Source: Chitinophagales bacterium
GTDB taxonomy: Bacteria > Bacteroidota > Bacteroidia > Chitinophagales > LD1
Assembly: GCA_044228435.1 (NCBI GenBank)
Contig: JBGAUW010000006.1
Location: 4,203 to 68,202 of the forward strand
Direction: 5' to 3'
Length of the DNA stretch: 64,000 nucleotides
Shown: piece by piece, positions 1-8,618 of the stretch
Numbering within the stretch: position 1 is the stretch's first letter
Layout: every line of letters starts with the position of its first letter
Program-made: the position numbers and the translations under genes
The notes under the pieces: model-generated
Database searches by the model: none
Seen by the model: the letters and a program-made list of their open reading frames with translations, nothing else
Told to the model about the DNA's origin: nothing

Positions 1-57
1 CAGGCAGCTTTTGCGTATCAACTCTATCTCTTCTGCAGTTTTAATTTTAATTGCCAT
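1..57 (-). CDS. map: methionine aminopeptidase, first 19 codons only (gene runs off the left edge)
   Basis: The reverse complement of 1..57 reads MAIKIKTAEEIELIRKSCL, a typical type-I MetAP N-terminus. It sits in the canonical position downstream of secY. Confidence 0.65.
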   Translation of the reverse strand, partial: MAIKIKTAEEIELIRKSCL

Positions 58-156
58 CTCTCTAAAAGTTAATAGTGAGTAGTGATAAGTAAACAACGTA
101 GAAGCAATTGAATTTACCTGCTTACTATTGCCTATCCACTTTTCTTATTTAAACTA

Positions 157-188
157 AAAAACCCTTCTCGTATCTGAGAAGGGTTTTT
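157..188 (-). terminator. intrinsic terminator downstream of secY
   Basis: Arms AAAAACCCTTCTC / GAGAAGGGTTTTT flank a 6-nt loop. On the minus strand the hairpin starts 10 nt after the secY stop and is followed by a U-run. Confidence 0.55.
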
Positions 189-197
189 CTTTTATTC

Positions 198-1550
198 TTA
201 CATACTTGCCGATGCAAGCCCTTGTCTTCCTTTTATTCGTCCCGATGAGGTTAAACCATCGTAGTGGCGGTTTAATAAGTAAGTCTCTATTGTTTGCAGG
301 GTATCTAAAATTACACCCACCATAATCAATATAGAGCTTCCTCCAAAAAACAATGCAAAGCTACGGTTTACATCAAACAACATTACAATGGCCGGCATAA
401 TAGCCACTATACCTAAAAACACCGCGCCGGGTAAAGTAATGCGCGATATAACGGCATCAATAAACTCTTCGGTTTTCTTACCCGGTTTTACACCCGGTAT
501 AAAGCCGCTGTTGCGCTTTAAATCGTCGGCTATTTGAGTAGGGTTAACTATTAACGCTGTATAGAAGTACGTAAACGCTACTATAAGTATAAAATACGAA
601 AGGTTGTAAGGCCACGATTTGATATCGTTAAAAGCAATCAAAAACTTGCTGTTGCTATCGAAACCAGGAATAAACTGGGCTATAGTAGCGGGCAGGAACA
701 TAATAGCCTGTGCGAAGATAATTGGCATTACACCCGATGCATTCAACTTTAACGGCAGGTATTGACGAACACCACCAGCCTGCATCATTTTACCACCTTG
801 TACCACATTGCGTTTAGCATATTGAACCGGTATACGGCGGGTACCTTGTATAAGCAAAATACATGCTGCAATAACTACTACTAAGAACGCAAGCTCAATA
901 ACAAAAGCAATTAAACCACCTTTTTGTGTGCGGGCCAAAAACTCTTCTAAGATAGAGCCGGGGAAACGTGCAAGGATACCAATCATAATGATTAGCGAGA
1001 TACCATTACCTATACCTTTATCGGTAATCTTCTCTCCCATCCACATTACAAATAAGGTTCCGGCAGTAAGCACTATTACTGTAGAGATTGAAAACAATAT
1101 TGGCGAAAGGTTTGGCAATACCGCTGCAGCATCTGCATTACGCAGGTAAACTACATAACCGGCACCCTGAAAAGCAGTAACCACGATGGTTAGCAAACGG
1201 GTGTATTGGTTTAACTCGCGGCGACCGCTTTCACCTTCTTTCTGTAACTTTTGGAAATAAGGAACAGCTAAGGTTAATAACTGAATAGCGATAGAGGCAG
1301 AAATATATGGCATAATACCCAATGCAAAAATAGAGGCACGTGCAAACGCTCCCCCTGCAAACAAGTTTACCAAACCTAAAATGCCGCTGCTACCCTGGCT
1401 CGATACATTCTCTAAAGCCGTTGGATCAATACCCGGCAGGGTAATGTAGGTACCTAAACGGTAAATGAGAATTAAGCCAAGCGTTAGAAGAATTCGCTGG
1501 CGAAGTTCTTCTATACTCCAAATCTCTCTTAATTTTTGAATTAACTTCAT
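198..1550 (-). CDS. secY: preprotein translocase subunit SecY
   Basis: 450-aa polytopic membrane protein with typical SecY sequence (LGIMPYISASI, GEKITDKGIGNGISLII). It follows rplO as usual. Confidence 0.97.
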   Translation of the reverse strand: MKLIQKLREIWSIEELRQRILLTLGLILIYRLGTYITLPGIDPTALENVSSQGSSGILGLVNLFAGGAFARASIFALGIMPYISASIAIQLLTLAVPYFQKLQKEGESGRRELNQYTRLLTIVVTAFQGAGYVVYLRNADAAAVLPNLSPILFSISTVIVLTAGTLFVMWMGEKITDKGIGNGISLIIMIGILARFPGSILEEFLARTQKGGLIAFVIELAFLVVVIAACILLIQGTRRIPVQYAKRNVVQGGKMMQAGGVRQYLPLKLNASGVMPIIFAQAIMFLPATIAQFIPGFDSNSKFLIAFNDIKSWPYNLSYFILIVAFTYFYTALIVNPTQIADDLKRNSGFIPGVKPGKKTEEFIDAVISRITLPGAVFLGIVAIMPAIVMLFDVNRSFALFFGGSSILIMVGVILDTLQTIETYLLNRHYDGLTSSGRIKGRQGLASASM

Positions 1551-1564
1551 AGTATTTTCTAAGT

Positions 1565-1588
1565 GAAAAATCCCGACGTTTATCGGGA
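1565..1588 (-). terminator. weak hairpin plus U-tract between rplO and secY (possible attenuator)
   Basis: 6-bp stem TCCCGA/TCGGGA with a 6-nt loop, followed by UUUUU on the minus-strand transcript. It lies inside the 55-nt rplO-secY spacer. Confidence 0.3.
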
Positions 1589-1605
1589 CTATTCTTTTTT
1601 GAAAC

Positions 1606-2061
1606 TTATTTTTTTACAATGGTTACTGTTCCGCCCAGGCCTTCAATTTTAGCCTTGGCCGATTCGCTGATACCGTGAACGCTTACATTCACTTTGGTAG
1701 TCAGTTCGCCGCCACCAAGCACCTTTATAAGGGCGCTTTTAGCTAACAAACCATTTTCGCGTAAAGCTTCAACAGTAATATCAGTTAACTTAAATTTTTC
1801 GGTTATTGCCTGAATTTGACCCAGGTTTAAGCCTTTGTATTCTAAGCGGCTGAAATTTTTGAATCCTACTTTAGGCATTCTTCTTTGCAAAGGCATCTGC
1901 CCGCCCTCAAAGCCAAGCTTTTGCTTGTAACCCGAACGCGATTTTGCTCCTTTGTGGCCACGTGCAGCAGTTCCCCCATCGGTTGAACCTTGTCCGCGTC
2001 CTAATCTTTTCTTTGCTCTTCCTATAGCACCTTTAGCCGGTGTAAGATTATGTAATTCCAT
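1606..2061 (-). CDS. rplO: 50S ribosomal protein L15
   Basis: 151 aa with a Gly/Arg/Lys-rich N-terminus (GRGQGSTDGGTAARGHKG). Operon position between rpmD and secY. Confidence 0.95.
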   Translation of the reverse strand: MELHNLTPAKGAIGRAKKRLGRGQGSTDGGTAARGHKGAKSRSGYKQKLGFEGGQMPLQRRMPKVGFKNFSRLEYKGLNLGQIQAITEKFKLTDITVEALRENGLLAKSALIKVLGGGELTTKVNVSVHGISESAKAKIEGLGGTVTIVKK

Positions 2062-2085
2062 TTTACTTGTATTTGCCTTAAGCTA

Positions 2086-2265
2086 TTAAATATTTTCTAC
2101 CTTAACCAAGTGCGAAACTTTACGGATCATACCGGCAATAGCTGGTGTGTTTTCCATTTCGTTGCTGCTACCGATTTTGTTTAAACCCAACGCCTTAATT
2201 GTTCTTTTTTGGCGCTCGTCTTTTTCAATCGTGCTTTTAGTTTTTGTAACTCTAACCTTTGCCAT
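2086..2265 (-). CDS. rpmD: 50S ribosomal protein L30
   Basis: Not in the ORF track because it is only 59 aa. My hand translation is MAKVRVTKTKSTIEKDERQKRTIKALGLNKIGSSNEMENTPAIAGMIRKVSHLVKVENI. It is L30-like and sits between rpsE and rplO. Confidence 0.9.
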   Translation of the reverse strand: MAKVRVTKTKSTIEKDERQKRTIKALGLNKIGSSNEMENTPAIAGMIRKVSHLVKVENI

Positions 2266-2322
2266 TGTTTTTGTATTTATCTGGGTCTATTGTCTAAATC
2301 TCTTGTGTCTATTGTCTCTAAA

Positions 2323-2841
2323 TTATCCTTTAAACACTTTCTCCATCGATACACCGCGGTTTTTGCTAACCGTGAAAGGATCGCGCAGTTTACTAAGTGC
2401 ATCTAAAGTAGCTTTAATTACGTTAGCCGGGTTAGCGCCACCTTGCGATTTTGCCAATACATCCTTAATACCAACGCTCTCTAACACAGCGCGCATAGAA
2501 CCTCCGGCAATTACACCCGTTCCCTGGCTGGCTGGCTTTAACATTACTTTAGCGGCACCAAACTTACCGTGTTGTACGTGTGGTATAGTTCCTTTAAACA
2601 CTGGTACGCTTACCAGGTTTTTCTTTGCGTCGTCAATTCCTTTTTGGATTGCCTCTTGTACTTCACGCGCTTTGCCCTGGCCTTCGCCAACAATGCCGTT
2701 GCCGTTTCCAACTACTACAGTTGCCGAAAAAGTGAAAGTACGGCCCCCTTTGGTAACCTTAGTTACACGGCGGATATTTACTACCTTCTCTTTTAATTCC
2801 AGTTCGCTCGCCTTGAGCTTTTGAACGTTCAGTCTTGCCAT
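2323..2841 (-). CDS. rpsE: 30S ribosomal protein S5
   Basis: 172 aa with S5 motifs ([23 protein letters not shown]). Operon position is as expected. Confidence 0.96.
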   Translation of the reverse strand: MARLNVQKLKASELELKEKVVNIRRVTKVTKGGRTFTFSATVVVGNGNGIVGEGQGKAREVQEAIQKGIDDAKKNLVSVPVFKGTIPHVQHGKFGAAKVMLKPASQGTGVIAGGSMRAVLESVGIKDVLAKSQGGANPANVIKATLDALSKLRDPFTVSKNRGVSMEKVFKG

Positions 2842-2871
2842 TTGCTTATTTTATTGAATGCTTTTTATCAA

Positions 2872-3225
2872 TTAGAATTTTAATCCGCCTTCACGGGCGC
2901 CTTCTGCTACCGCTTTAACACGGCCATGGTATAAGTATCCGCCACGGTCAAACACTACATCGCTAATACCTTTGGCAGCTGCCTTTTGTGCTAAGGTTGT
3001 ACCAACCAGTTTACCTTGTTCAGATTTAGTACCGTTGCGGGTAAAATCTTTATCGCGGGTGCTGGCTGCAACTAAAGTTACGCCGGCTACATCGTCAATC
3101 AATTGAACATAAGTTTCCTTATTGCTACGAAATACGCTTAGTCTCGGGCGTTCAGCAGTTCCGCTGATTTTACCACGGATTCTGCTTCTTATTTTTTTTC
3201 TTCTTGCTTCTTTAGTTACTGCCAT
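2872..3225 (-). CDS. rplR: 50S ribosomal protein L18
   Basis: L18 sequence starts at [37 protein letters not shown] placed the start at the ATG at 3225. The track's start at 3288 lies inside an RNA hairpin and adds 21 non-L18 residues. Confidence 0.92.
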   Translation of the reverse strand: MAVTKEARRKKIRSRIRGKISGTAERPRLSVFRSNKETYVQLIDDVAGVTLVAASTRDKDFTRNGTKSEQGKLVGTTLAQKAAAKGISDVVFDRGGYLYHGRVKAVAEGAREGGLKF

Positions 3226-3276
3226 CTTACAATTTTTAAAAGATGAATTTTTGAATTTTAATTCTTTACTTCTTGT

Positions 3277-3297
3277 GGGCAACCGCAAGGGTTGCCC
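3277..3297 (-). other. GC-rich RNA hairpin inside the operon, between rplF and rplR
   Basis: GGGCAACC / GGTTGCCC (8 bp) around a 5-nt loop. No U-tract follows on the transcript, so it is not a classical terminator. Confidence 0.5.
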
Positions 3298-3304
3298 CTA
3301 CCGG

Positions 3305-3862
3305 TTATTTCTTAGCGGCCGATTTACCAGCTTTTCTTCTTAAAGCTTCGCCCACAAACTTAATACCCTTGCCCTTGTATGGTTCAGGTTTACGTATGCT
3401 GCGTATTTTAGCGCAAACCAAACCAAGCAAATCTTTATCGCTGCACTCCAGGGTAATAATTGGGTTCTGTCCTTTATCCTGCTTAGCCGATGCCTTAATT
3501 TCTTCAGGCAGCAATACTACTACAGGGTGAGAGTAACCTACGCTTAGGGTAACTACTTGTTTAGCAACATCGGCACGGAAACCCACACCTACCAGTTCCA
3601 TTTGCTTAACATAACCAGCGCTAACGCCTGTAATCATGTTGTTAATAAGCGCACGGTAAGTACCATGTAGCGATTTGTGGCGTTTTTGCTCAGTAGGGCG
3701 CTCAACATTCAGTTCGCCGTTATCTACCTTTACGGTAATATCCGGGTCAACTGTTTGAAACAATTCGCCTTTAGGGCCTTTTACCTTTACAACGTTTCCT
3801 CCCAATACTTCAACCGAAACATTTTTCGGAAGTGTGATGGGTGCTCTGCCTATACGTGACAT
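3305..3862 (-). CDS. rplF: 50S ribosomal protein L6
   Basis: 185 aa, N-terminus MSRIGRAPITLPKNVSV, two L6 repeats. Operon position is as expected. Confidence 0.96.
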   Translation of the reverse strand: MSRIGRAPITLPKNVSVEVLGGNVVKVKGPKGELFQTVDPDITVKVDNGELNVERPTEQKRHKSLHGTYRALINNMITGVSAGYVKQMELVGVGFRADVAKQVVTLSVGYSHPVVVLLPEEIKASAKQDKGQNPIITLECSDKDLLGLVCAKIRSIRKPEPYKGKGIKFVGEALRRKAGKSAAKK

Positions 3863-3916
3863 ACTTTATAATTGAAATTATTATTTAATGTTTTGTCTTG
3901 TGTTTAACGTTTTCTA

Positions 3917-4318
3917 TTAGAATACTTCGCACAATACTTCTCCTCCAATACCTAACTCTCTGGCTTGTTTTTCTGTCATTACACCTTTGCTGGTGCTAAT
4001 GATAGCTATACCCAATCCGCTTAACACGCGTGGAAGTTCGCCTTTGCCGGCATACTGACGTAAACCCGGGGTCGAAATTCTGGTAAGGCTTTTAATAACC
4101 GGTGTTTTGGTAGCTGCATCAAACTTTAATGCAATTTTGATTACACCCTGGTTATCGGCAGTATCTTCAAATTTGTATTTAAGGATATAGCCGTGGTCGT
4201 AAAGTATCTCAGTAATTCTCTTCTTTGTTTTAGAAGCCGGAATTTCCACAATACGGTGACCTGCCTGTTGTGCGTTTCTGATTCTTGTCAGAAAATCTGA
4301 AATTGGATCAATAACCAT
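3917..4318 (-). CDS. rpsH: 30S ribosomal protein S8
   Basis: 133 aa, [13 protein letters not shown] at the N-terminus, GGEVLCEVF at the C-terminus. Confidence 0.96.
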   Translation of the reverse strand: MVIDPISDFLTRIRNAQQAGHRIVEIPASKTKKRITEILYDHGYILKYKFEDTADNQGVIKIALKFDAATKTPVIKSLTRISTPGLRQYAGKGELPRVLSGLGIAIISTSKGVMTEKQARELGIGGEVLCEVF

Positions 4319-4386
4319 TTTATTTCTTTTTAATTCTTTTTATTGTATTTGTCTTGTGTCTTCTGTCTAACGTCTCGGGTCTGTTC

Positions 4387-4656
4387 TTACCAGCTCGACT
4401 TGGTTACACCCGGAATTTTACCTTCGCTGGCCAGGTCGCGGAACTTAATACGCGAAATGCTGAACATACGAACGTAACCTCTTCCTCTTCCGGTTAGTGC
4501 GCAACGGTTGCGAAGGCGAACCTTCGAACTGTTTTTAGGAAGCTTATCCAGCAATTCCCATTCGCCGGCTTCTTTAAGTGCTTTACGTTTTTCGGCAAAT
4601 TTCTCTACCAGGCGTTCTCTTTTGCGCTGACGTGCTTCTACTGATTTCTTAGCCAT
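4387..4656 (-). CDS. rpsN: 30S ribosomal protein S14 (long form, no zinc-binding cysteines)
   Basis: 89 aa ending in ...GVTKSSW. There is no CxxC pair. Confidence 0.95.
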   Translation of the reverse strand: MAKKSVEARQRKRERLVEKFAEKRKALKEAGEWELLDKLPKNSSKVRLRNRCALTGRGRGYVRMFSISRIKFRDLASEGKIPGVTKSSW

Positions 4657-4681
4657 CTTATATTAGTATTGAGAGTTTGAA

Positions 4682-5248
4682 TTATTTATTGTCTTTTTTA
4701 AATGGCATACCCAGTGCTTCTAAAAGCGCGTAAGCTTCTTCGTCGCTTTGTGCGGTAGTTACAAAAGTAATATCCATACCTTGTATACGGGTTACCTTAT
4801 CAATTTCCATTTCGGGGAAAATGATTTGCTCCTTTATACCCATGGTATAGTTACCTCTGCCATCAAAACCTTTGTTGCTTATACCCTTAAAGTCGCGAAC
4901 GCGTGGAAGGGAAACCGAAACCAAACGGTCTAAGAACTCATACATTCTTTCGCTGCGTAGAGTTACGCGGCTGCCTATTGGCATACCTTCGCGAAGTTTG
5001 AAGTTAGAAATCGCCTTTTTGGCGTGTGATGCTACCGCCTTTTGGCCGGCAATTGCTGTCATTTCATTTACAGCAATATCAACCAGTTTCTTATCGGAGT
5101 TGGCTCCGTTAACACCCTGGTTTAAGCATATTTTAGTTAATCGGGGAACTTGCATTACCGAAGTGTAGTTAAACTTCGTCATTAAAGCAGAGGTAATCTC
5201 GTCCTTATAGCGCTTCGCTAAGCGCGGAGTGTATTTTGCTGTACTCAT
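4682..5248 (-). CDS. rplE: 50S ribosomal protein L5
   Basis: 188 aa, L5-like throughout ([20 protein letters not shown]). It is the first gene of the run in this window. Confidence 0.96.
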   Translation of the reverse strand: MSTAKYTPRLAKRYKDEITSALMTKFNYTSVMQVPRLTKICLNQGVNGANSDKKLVDIAVNEMTAIAGQKAVASHAKKAISNFKLREGMPIGSRVTLRSERMYEFLDRLVSVSLPRVRDFKGISNKGFDGRGNYTMGIKEQIIFPEMEIDKVTRIQGMDITFVTTAQSDEEAYALLEALGMPFKKDNK

Positions 5249-5298
5249 TTTAAATGTTTTTACACGATTCCCAGCCGTGCGGTTTTAAAAAGGGACTG

Positions 5299-5329
5299 CA
5301 AAAGTAGCCTTTACATTCACATTTCCAAA
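5299..5329 (-). promoter_or_regulatory. Bacteroidota sigma-A type promoter for rplE
   Basis: The minus strand reads TTTG-N19-TACTTTTG, matching the TTTG / TAnnTTTG consensus described for Bacteroides and Flavobacterium. The -7 box ends 51 nt upstream of the rplE ATG. Confidence 0.55.
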
Positions 5330-5534
5330 TGTTTTTTTATCTCAAACTATAAAATATGTAGTTTTTATGGTCGTGAGCGGTATTAACAATAAGATAAATC
5401 TACATTCCTTCCCCTACCGTATATCAAATAGAACGCTATACTTGCAGCCCGATTTTTTAAACTGCTTAATAAAACAACAATTGCCTTTATCCGTATAACA
5501 CTTCACTTTACCTAAATTTTACAACCATTAACCT

Positions 5535-5562
5535 TTTGCTTAATCCTTACACGCTACTTTTG
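5535..5562 (+). promoter_or_regulatory. candidate promoter for the 993-aa surface-protein operon
   Basis: TTTG-N16-TACTTTTG, 67 nt upstream of the ATG at 5629. The spacer is shorter than ideal. Confidence 0.35.
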
Positions 5563-5628
5563 CTTTACAGTTAAACCACGTCTAAAGTGGGTGATGCCAC
5601 CCAACTATTTTTTTAATTAAACCGATTT

Positions 5629-8610
5629 ATGAAGAAGCTCAGTCTGTTCTCTTTTATTTTTATTACTGCCTTTGCGGGCGCTCAAAATGTGGGTATTGGC
5701 ACTAACAATCCGCAAACGAAATTAGATATTAACGGAGCCCTCTCGGCGCGTATTACTGCTTTGCCCGCGGCGGGCAGTGTTACCATACCTGCCAATGTTT
5801 CCCTTTTTAGATTAACCAATACTACAGGCGGTGGCACTACCACCCTTACGGCTACCAGCCCTAAGGACGGGCAGTTTTTAAGCATTATTAATGAGGATGA
5901 TAATATTGCCACACTTAACGGCCTTACAATTGCTGCAGGCACCGCAGCGGTACCTACGGTGGTTAACTTTATTAATATAGGAGGCGTGGCCGCAGGCTGG
6001 AAAACCACCGGCGATAATAATACCGGGGCTAATACCTTTACAGCAGGCAGCGGCCTTAGCTGGAGCGGTAATACCCTAAATAGTGTATGGACCGTAAACG
6101 GCCAAAACGATATTTACAATAATAACAGCAGTGGCAATGTAGGTATAGGCAATAACACCCCCGGTGGCTTGCTGGATGTATCGGCTACTGCGCCTGCCAA
6201 TAACAGTGCGGGCAAGTCTATTATATTATTGGCCCAAAGCGGCGGCACCGGTGGCGCCGCTACCAATGGCGGTAATGTTAGTATAGCCTCGGGCACAGGT
6301 GCCAATGGCGGCACAACAGGCACGGTGAATATTAATACCGGCAACACTAACACAGGCGCTGTAAACGTTGCCAATGGCACAGCAGCGCAAACTATTGGCA
6401 TAGCTAATAATAACAGCGGTGTAAAAACTGTAACTATAGGTAGCACTAATACCACCAGCGCTACTACTATTAATGCCGGTTCGGGCAATGTAAACCTAAA
6501 CGGAAACACCATTATTACGGGCACCCAAACCGTAAGCGGATTAACCACTTTAAACGGTGGCCTTACCGAAACAGGCACAGCCTCTATTAATAATAACGCA
6601 GCAGCAAATACTACAAGCATAGGCACCGGCACTACCACCGGCAACGTAAGCATTGGCGGTGCATCTAATAATGTATTGCTACCTAAACTTACTACAGCAG
6701 GTATTGTAACCAACACCGCTACCGGTCAGTTAGGTACCACTACCACTGTACCGGTAGGTAACCTGCCCGATGCAACTACCAGCGCTAAAGGTATTGTGCA
6801 ATTGGCCGGCGATTTAAGCGGCACAGCTGCATCGCCTCAAATTGCTGCCGGAACAATAGTAGATGCCGATGTAAACAGCGCAGCCGCCATTGGCCGCAGC
6901 AAACTGGCCAACGGCACAGCCAACCAGGTAGTTATTAATGATGGTTCGGGTGTTTTAAGCAGCGAGGCGCAATTGGCCGTTACCCGTGGTGGTACCGGCG
7001 CAGCTACCGCAGCAGCGCATACCTTTTTTGGTAACAACACAGGGGGCACGGCTGCCCCGGGCTTTCAATCGATAGTAGCTGCCGATTTGCCCGATTTGAG
7101 CGGAACCTATATAAAGAACCAAACTACTCAACAAGCATCAGCTAACTTTAACGTAAGCGGTGCGGGTGTGGTAGGAACTACTATGACTGCCGGCACCTAC
7201 CTGTTTCCGGCACCTACCGGCGACCCTTCGCCGGTAATTACCGCCCGAGTGGTTCCGGCCAACCAGGGCGCAGCCAACGAGCGTACCGAGCTTATTTTAT
7301 TCCATAGCAACGACCCTGCGAACAGCTCGGGCGACGACCTGATAACGCTTCGTGCGCCTTCACTTCGGTTTCAAACGTATAACGATGCTACAGTGGGTGA
7401 TATCAATAATTACCTGGGCTCGAACGATCGGATGTATATCCGCTATGATGGCAATATAGGTATAGGAACCTCGGCCCCCACGCTTAAATTAGATGTGCTG
7501 GAAACTTCTGCCACTAACAGCATTGCTGTTTTAAGGCGCGGCACCCAAGGCAGTGATGCCAGCATGGTTACTACTTACGGAGCACCTTATTTAAAAGTGG
7601 GTGGTGTGGAATATAAAACCAACAGCATTCAATCCATTGGTTTTGGATGGAACAACAATAGCATTCAACCTGCCGAAATAGGGTTTTTAACTACTAACAC
7701 AGCGGGTAATACCTCGGGCGATTTGGTATTTGCCACCCGCAATGGAACTACCAACGTAGCCCCTACCGAGGCTATGCGTATTACATCGCTTGGAAATGTG
7801 GGCATAGGCACCAGCGCCGCTACCTACAAGCTGGAAGTAAATGGCGGTATCCGTTCGGCTGATTACGGCGCTGCCGGTTCAGTAAACGTATTAGTGGGCG
7901 ATGATGTTTTCTTATCGGATATGGATGAAGCCCATACCCTGGGGGTAATAAGCGCCAGCAATGCAGCCGTTGGCAGAATACGCATGGGCAATCTATCAAA
8001 CGTAGTGAGGGTAACCGATGACCAAACCGGCGACTTTGGACAAGTAGCCAGCTTTGATTTTGACGATGCCGATGCCACTACACAAGGCGTATTACTGGAA
8101 GGCGGTAATAGCGAAAGCGGCGGATTTTTTGCCAACGGTAATACAGCAGCAATTTGGAGCCCGGGTGATGGAACCGGAGGCATACTTAGCGTTTATGATG
8201 AAGACGACCCTAACATAAGCAACCCGCGCTTTAGAATTGCCGGTAACGGCGAAACCGAAGCCCGCTATGGCTTACGCACAAAAAAATCGTACACTTATTT
8301 CCGTGGCCGTGCTAACGAAGACCAGGCTTATACCTATAGCCTGGGCGCTTTCGATTTTTGCTACCTTGGGGGCGTAAGCTTTTATATGGATAACAATGCC
8401 ACCTGGGATATAGATAACCAGTGCAACGTATACCCTACTGATTGGGGTGCAGGGGTTTGGGGCGATGGAGGAAACAGCAACCAGCTTTATACCACCGGAC
8501 CAATAAACTATGCTTACAACACCCGCCCAAGCTGGCAGTTGTATGTAGAAAGCTTTATTGATAACGATGCGGTTTATTGCGGCGCTATATGCGTTAACTT
8601 TACCTACTAA
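5629..8610 (+). CDS. exported tail-fibre-like repeat protein of unknown function
   Basis: Signal peptide MKKLSLFSFIFITAFAGAQ. Four copies of an N(V/I)GIG(T/N)..P..(K)L(D/E)(I/V) motif. Long Gly/Thr/Asn/Ala beta-helix-like tracts. Tail-fibre-type motifs ATTSAKGIVQLA and LAVTRGGTGAAT. Cys-containing C-terminal domain of about 130 aa. I see no T9SS C-terminal domain. Confidence 0.85.
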   Translation: MKKLSLFSFIFITAFAGAQNVGIGTNNPQTKLDINGALSARITALPAAGSVTIPANVSLFRLTNTTGGGTTTLTATSPKDGQFLSIINEDDNIATLNGLTIAAGTAAVPTVVNFINIGGVAAGWKTTGDNNTGANTFTAGSGLSWSGNTLNSVWTVNGQNDIYNNNSSGNVGIGNNTPGGLLDVSATAPANNSAGKSIILLAQSGGTGGAATNGGNVSIASGTGANGGTTGTVNINTGNTNTGAVNVANGTAAQTIGIANNNSGVKTVTIGSTNTTSATTINAGSGNVNLNGNTIITGTQTVSGLTTLNGGLTETGTASINNNAAANTTSIGTGTTTGNVSIGGASNNVLLPKLTTAGIVTNTATGQLGTTTTVPVGNLPDATTSAKGIVQLAGDLSGTAASPQIAAGTIVDADVNSAAAIGRSKLANGTANQVVINDGSGVLSSEAQLAVTRGGTGAATAAAHTFFGNNTGGTAAPGFQSIVAADLPDLSGTYIKNQTTQQASANFNVSGAGVVGTTMTAGTYLFPAPTGDPSPVITARVVPANQGAANERTELILFHSNDPANSSGDDLITLRAPSLRFQTYNDATVGDINNYLGSNDRMYIRYDGNIGIGTSAPTLKLDVLETSATNSIAVLRRGTQGSDASMVTTYGAPYLKVGGVEYKTNSIQSIGFGWNNNSIQPAEIGFLTTNTAGNTSGDLVFATRNGTTNVAPTEAMRITSLGNVGIGTSAATYKLEVNGGIRSADYGAAGSVNVLVGDDVFLSDMDEAHTLGVISASNAAVGRIRMGNLSNVVRVTDDQTGDFGQVASFDFDDADATTQGVLLEGGNSESGGFFANGNTAAIWSPGDGTGGILSVYDEDDPNISNPRFRIAGNGETEARYGLRTKKSYTYFRGRANEDQAYTYSLGAFDFCYLGGVSFYMDNNATWDIDNQCNVYPTDWGAGVWGDGGNSNQLYTTGPINYAYNTRPSWQLYVESFIDNDAVYCGAICVNFTY

Positions 8611-8618
8611 AATTATAT

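Noticed and set aside
2147-2824. 225-aa ORF on the plus strand across rpmD/rpsE
   Set aside because: It is antisense to two unmistakable ribosomal protein genes. The translation is low-complexity and hydrophobic with no motif, so it is a shadow ORF.
5282-5461. Imperfect inverted repeats (GTTTTAAAAAGGGACTGC / GCAGCCCGATTTTTTAAAC) flanking the rplE promoter, suggesting an invertible promoter
   Set aside because: The match is gapped (about 17 of 21 positions) and dominated by A/T runs. No site-specific recombinase gene is nearby, and an invertible promoter for ribosomal genes is biologically implausible.
5682-8183. Several minus-strand ORFs (for example 6114..6716, 200 aa) inside the tail-fibre-like gene
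   Set aside because: They arise from the GGY/ACC/GCN codon bias of the sense strand, which depletes stop codons on the antisense strand. Their products are Pro/Val/Leu-rich nonsense.
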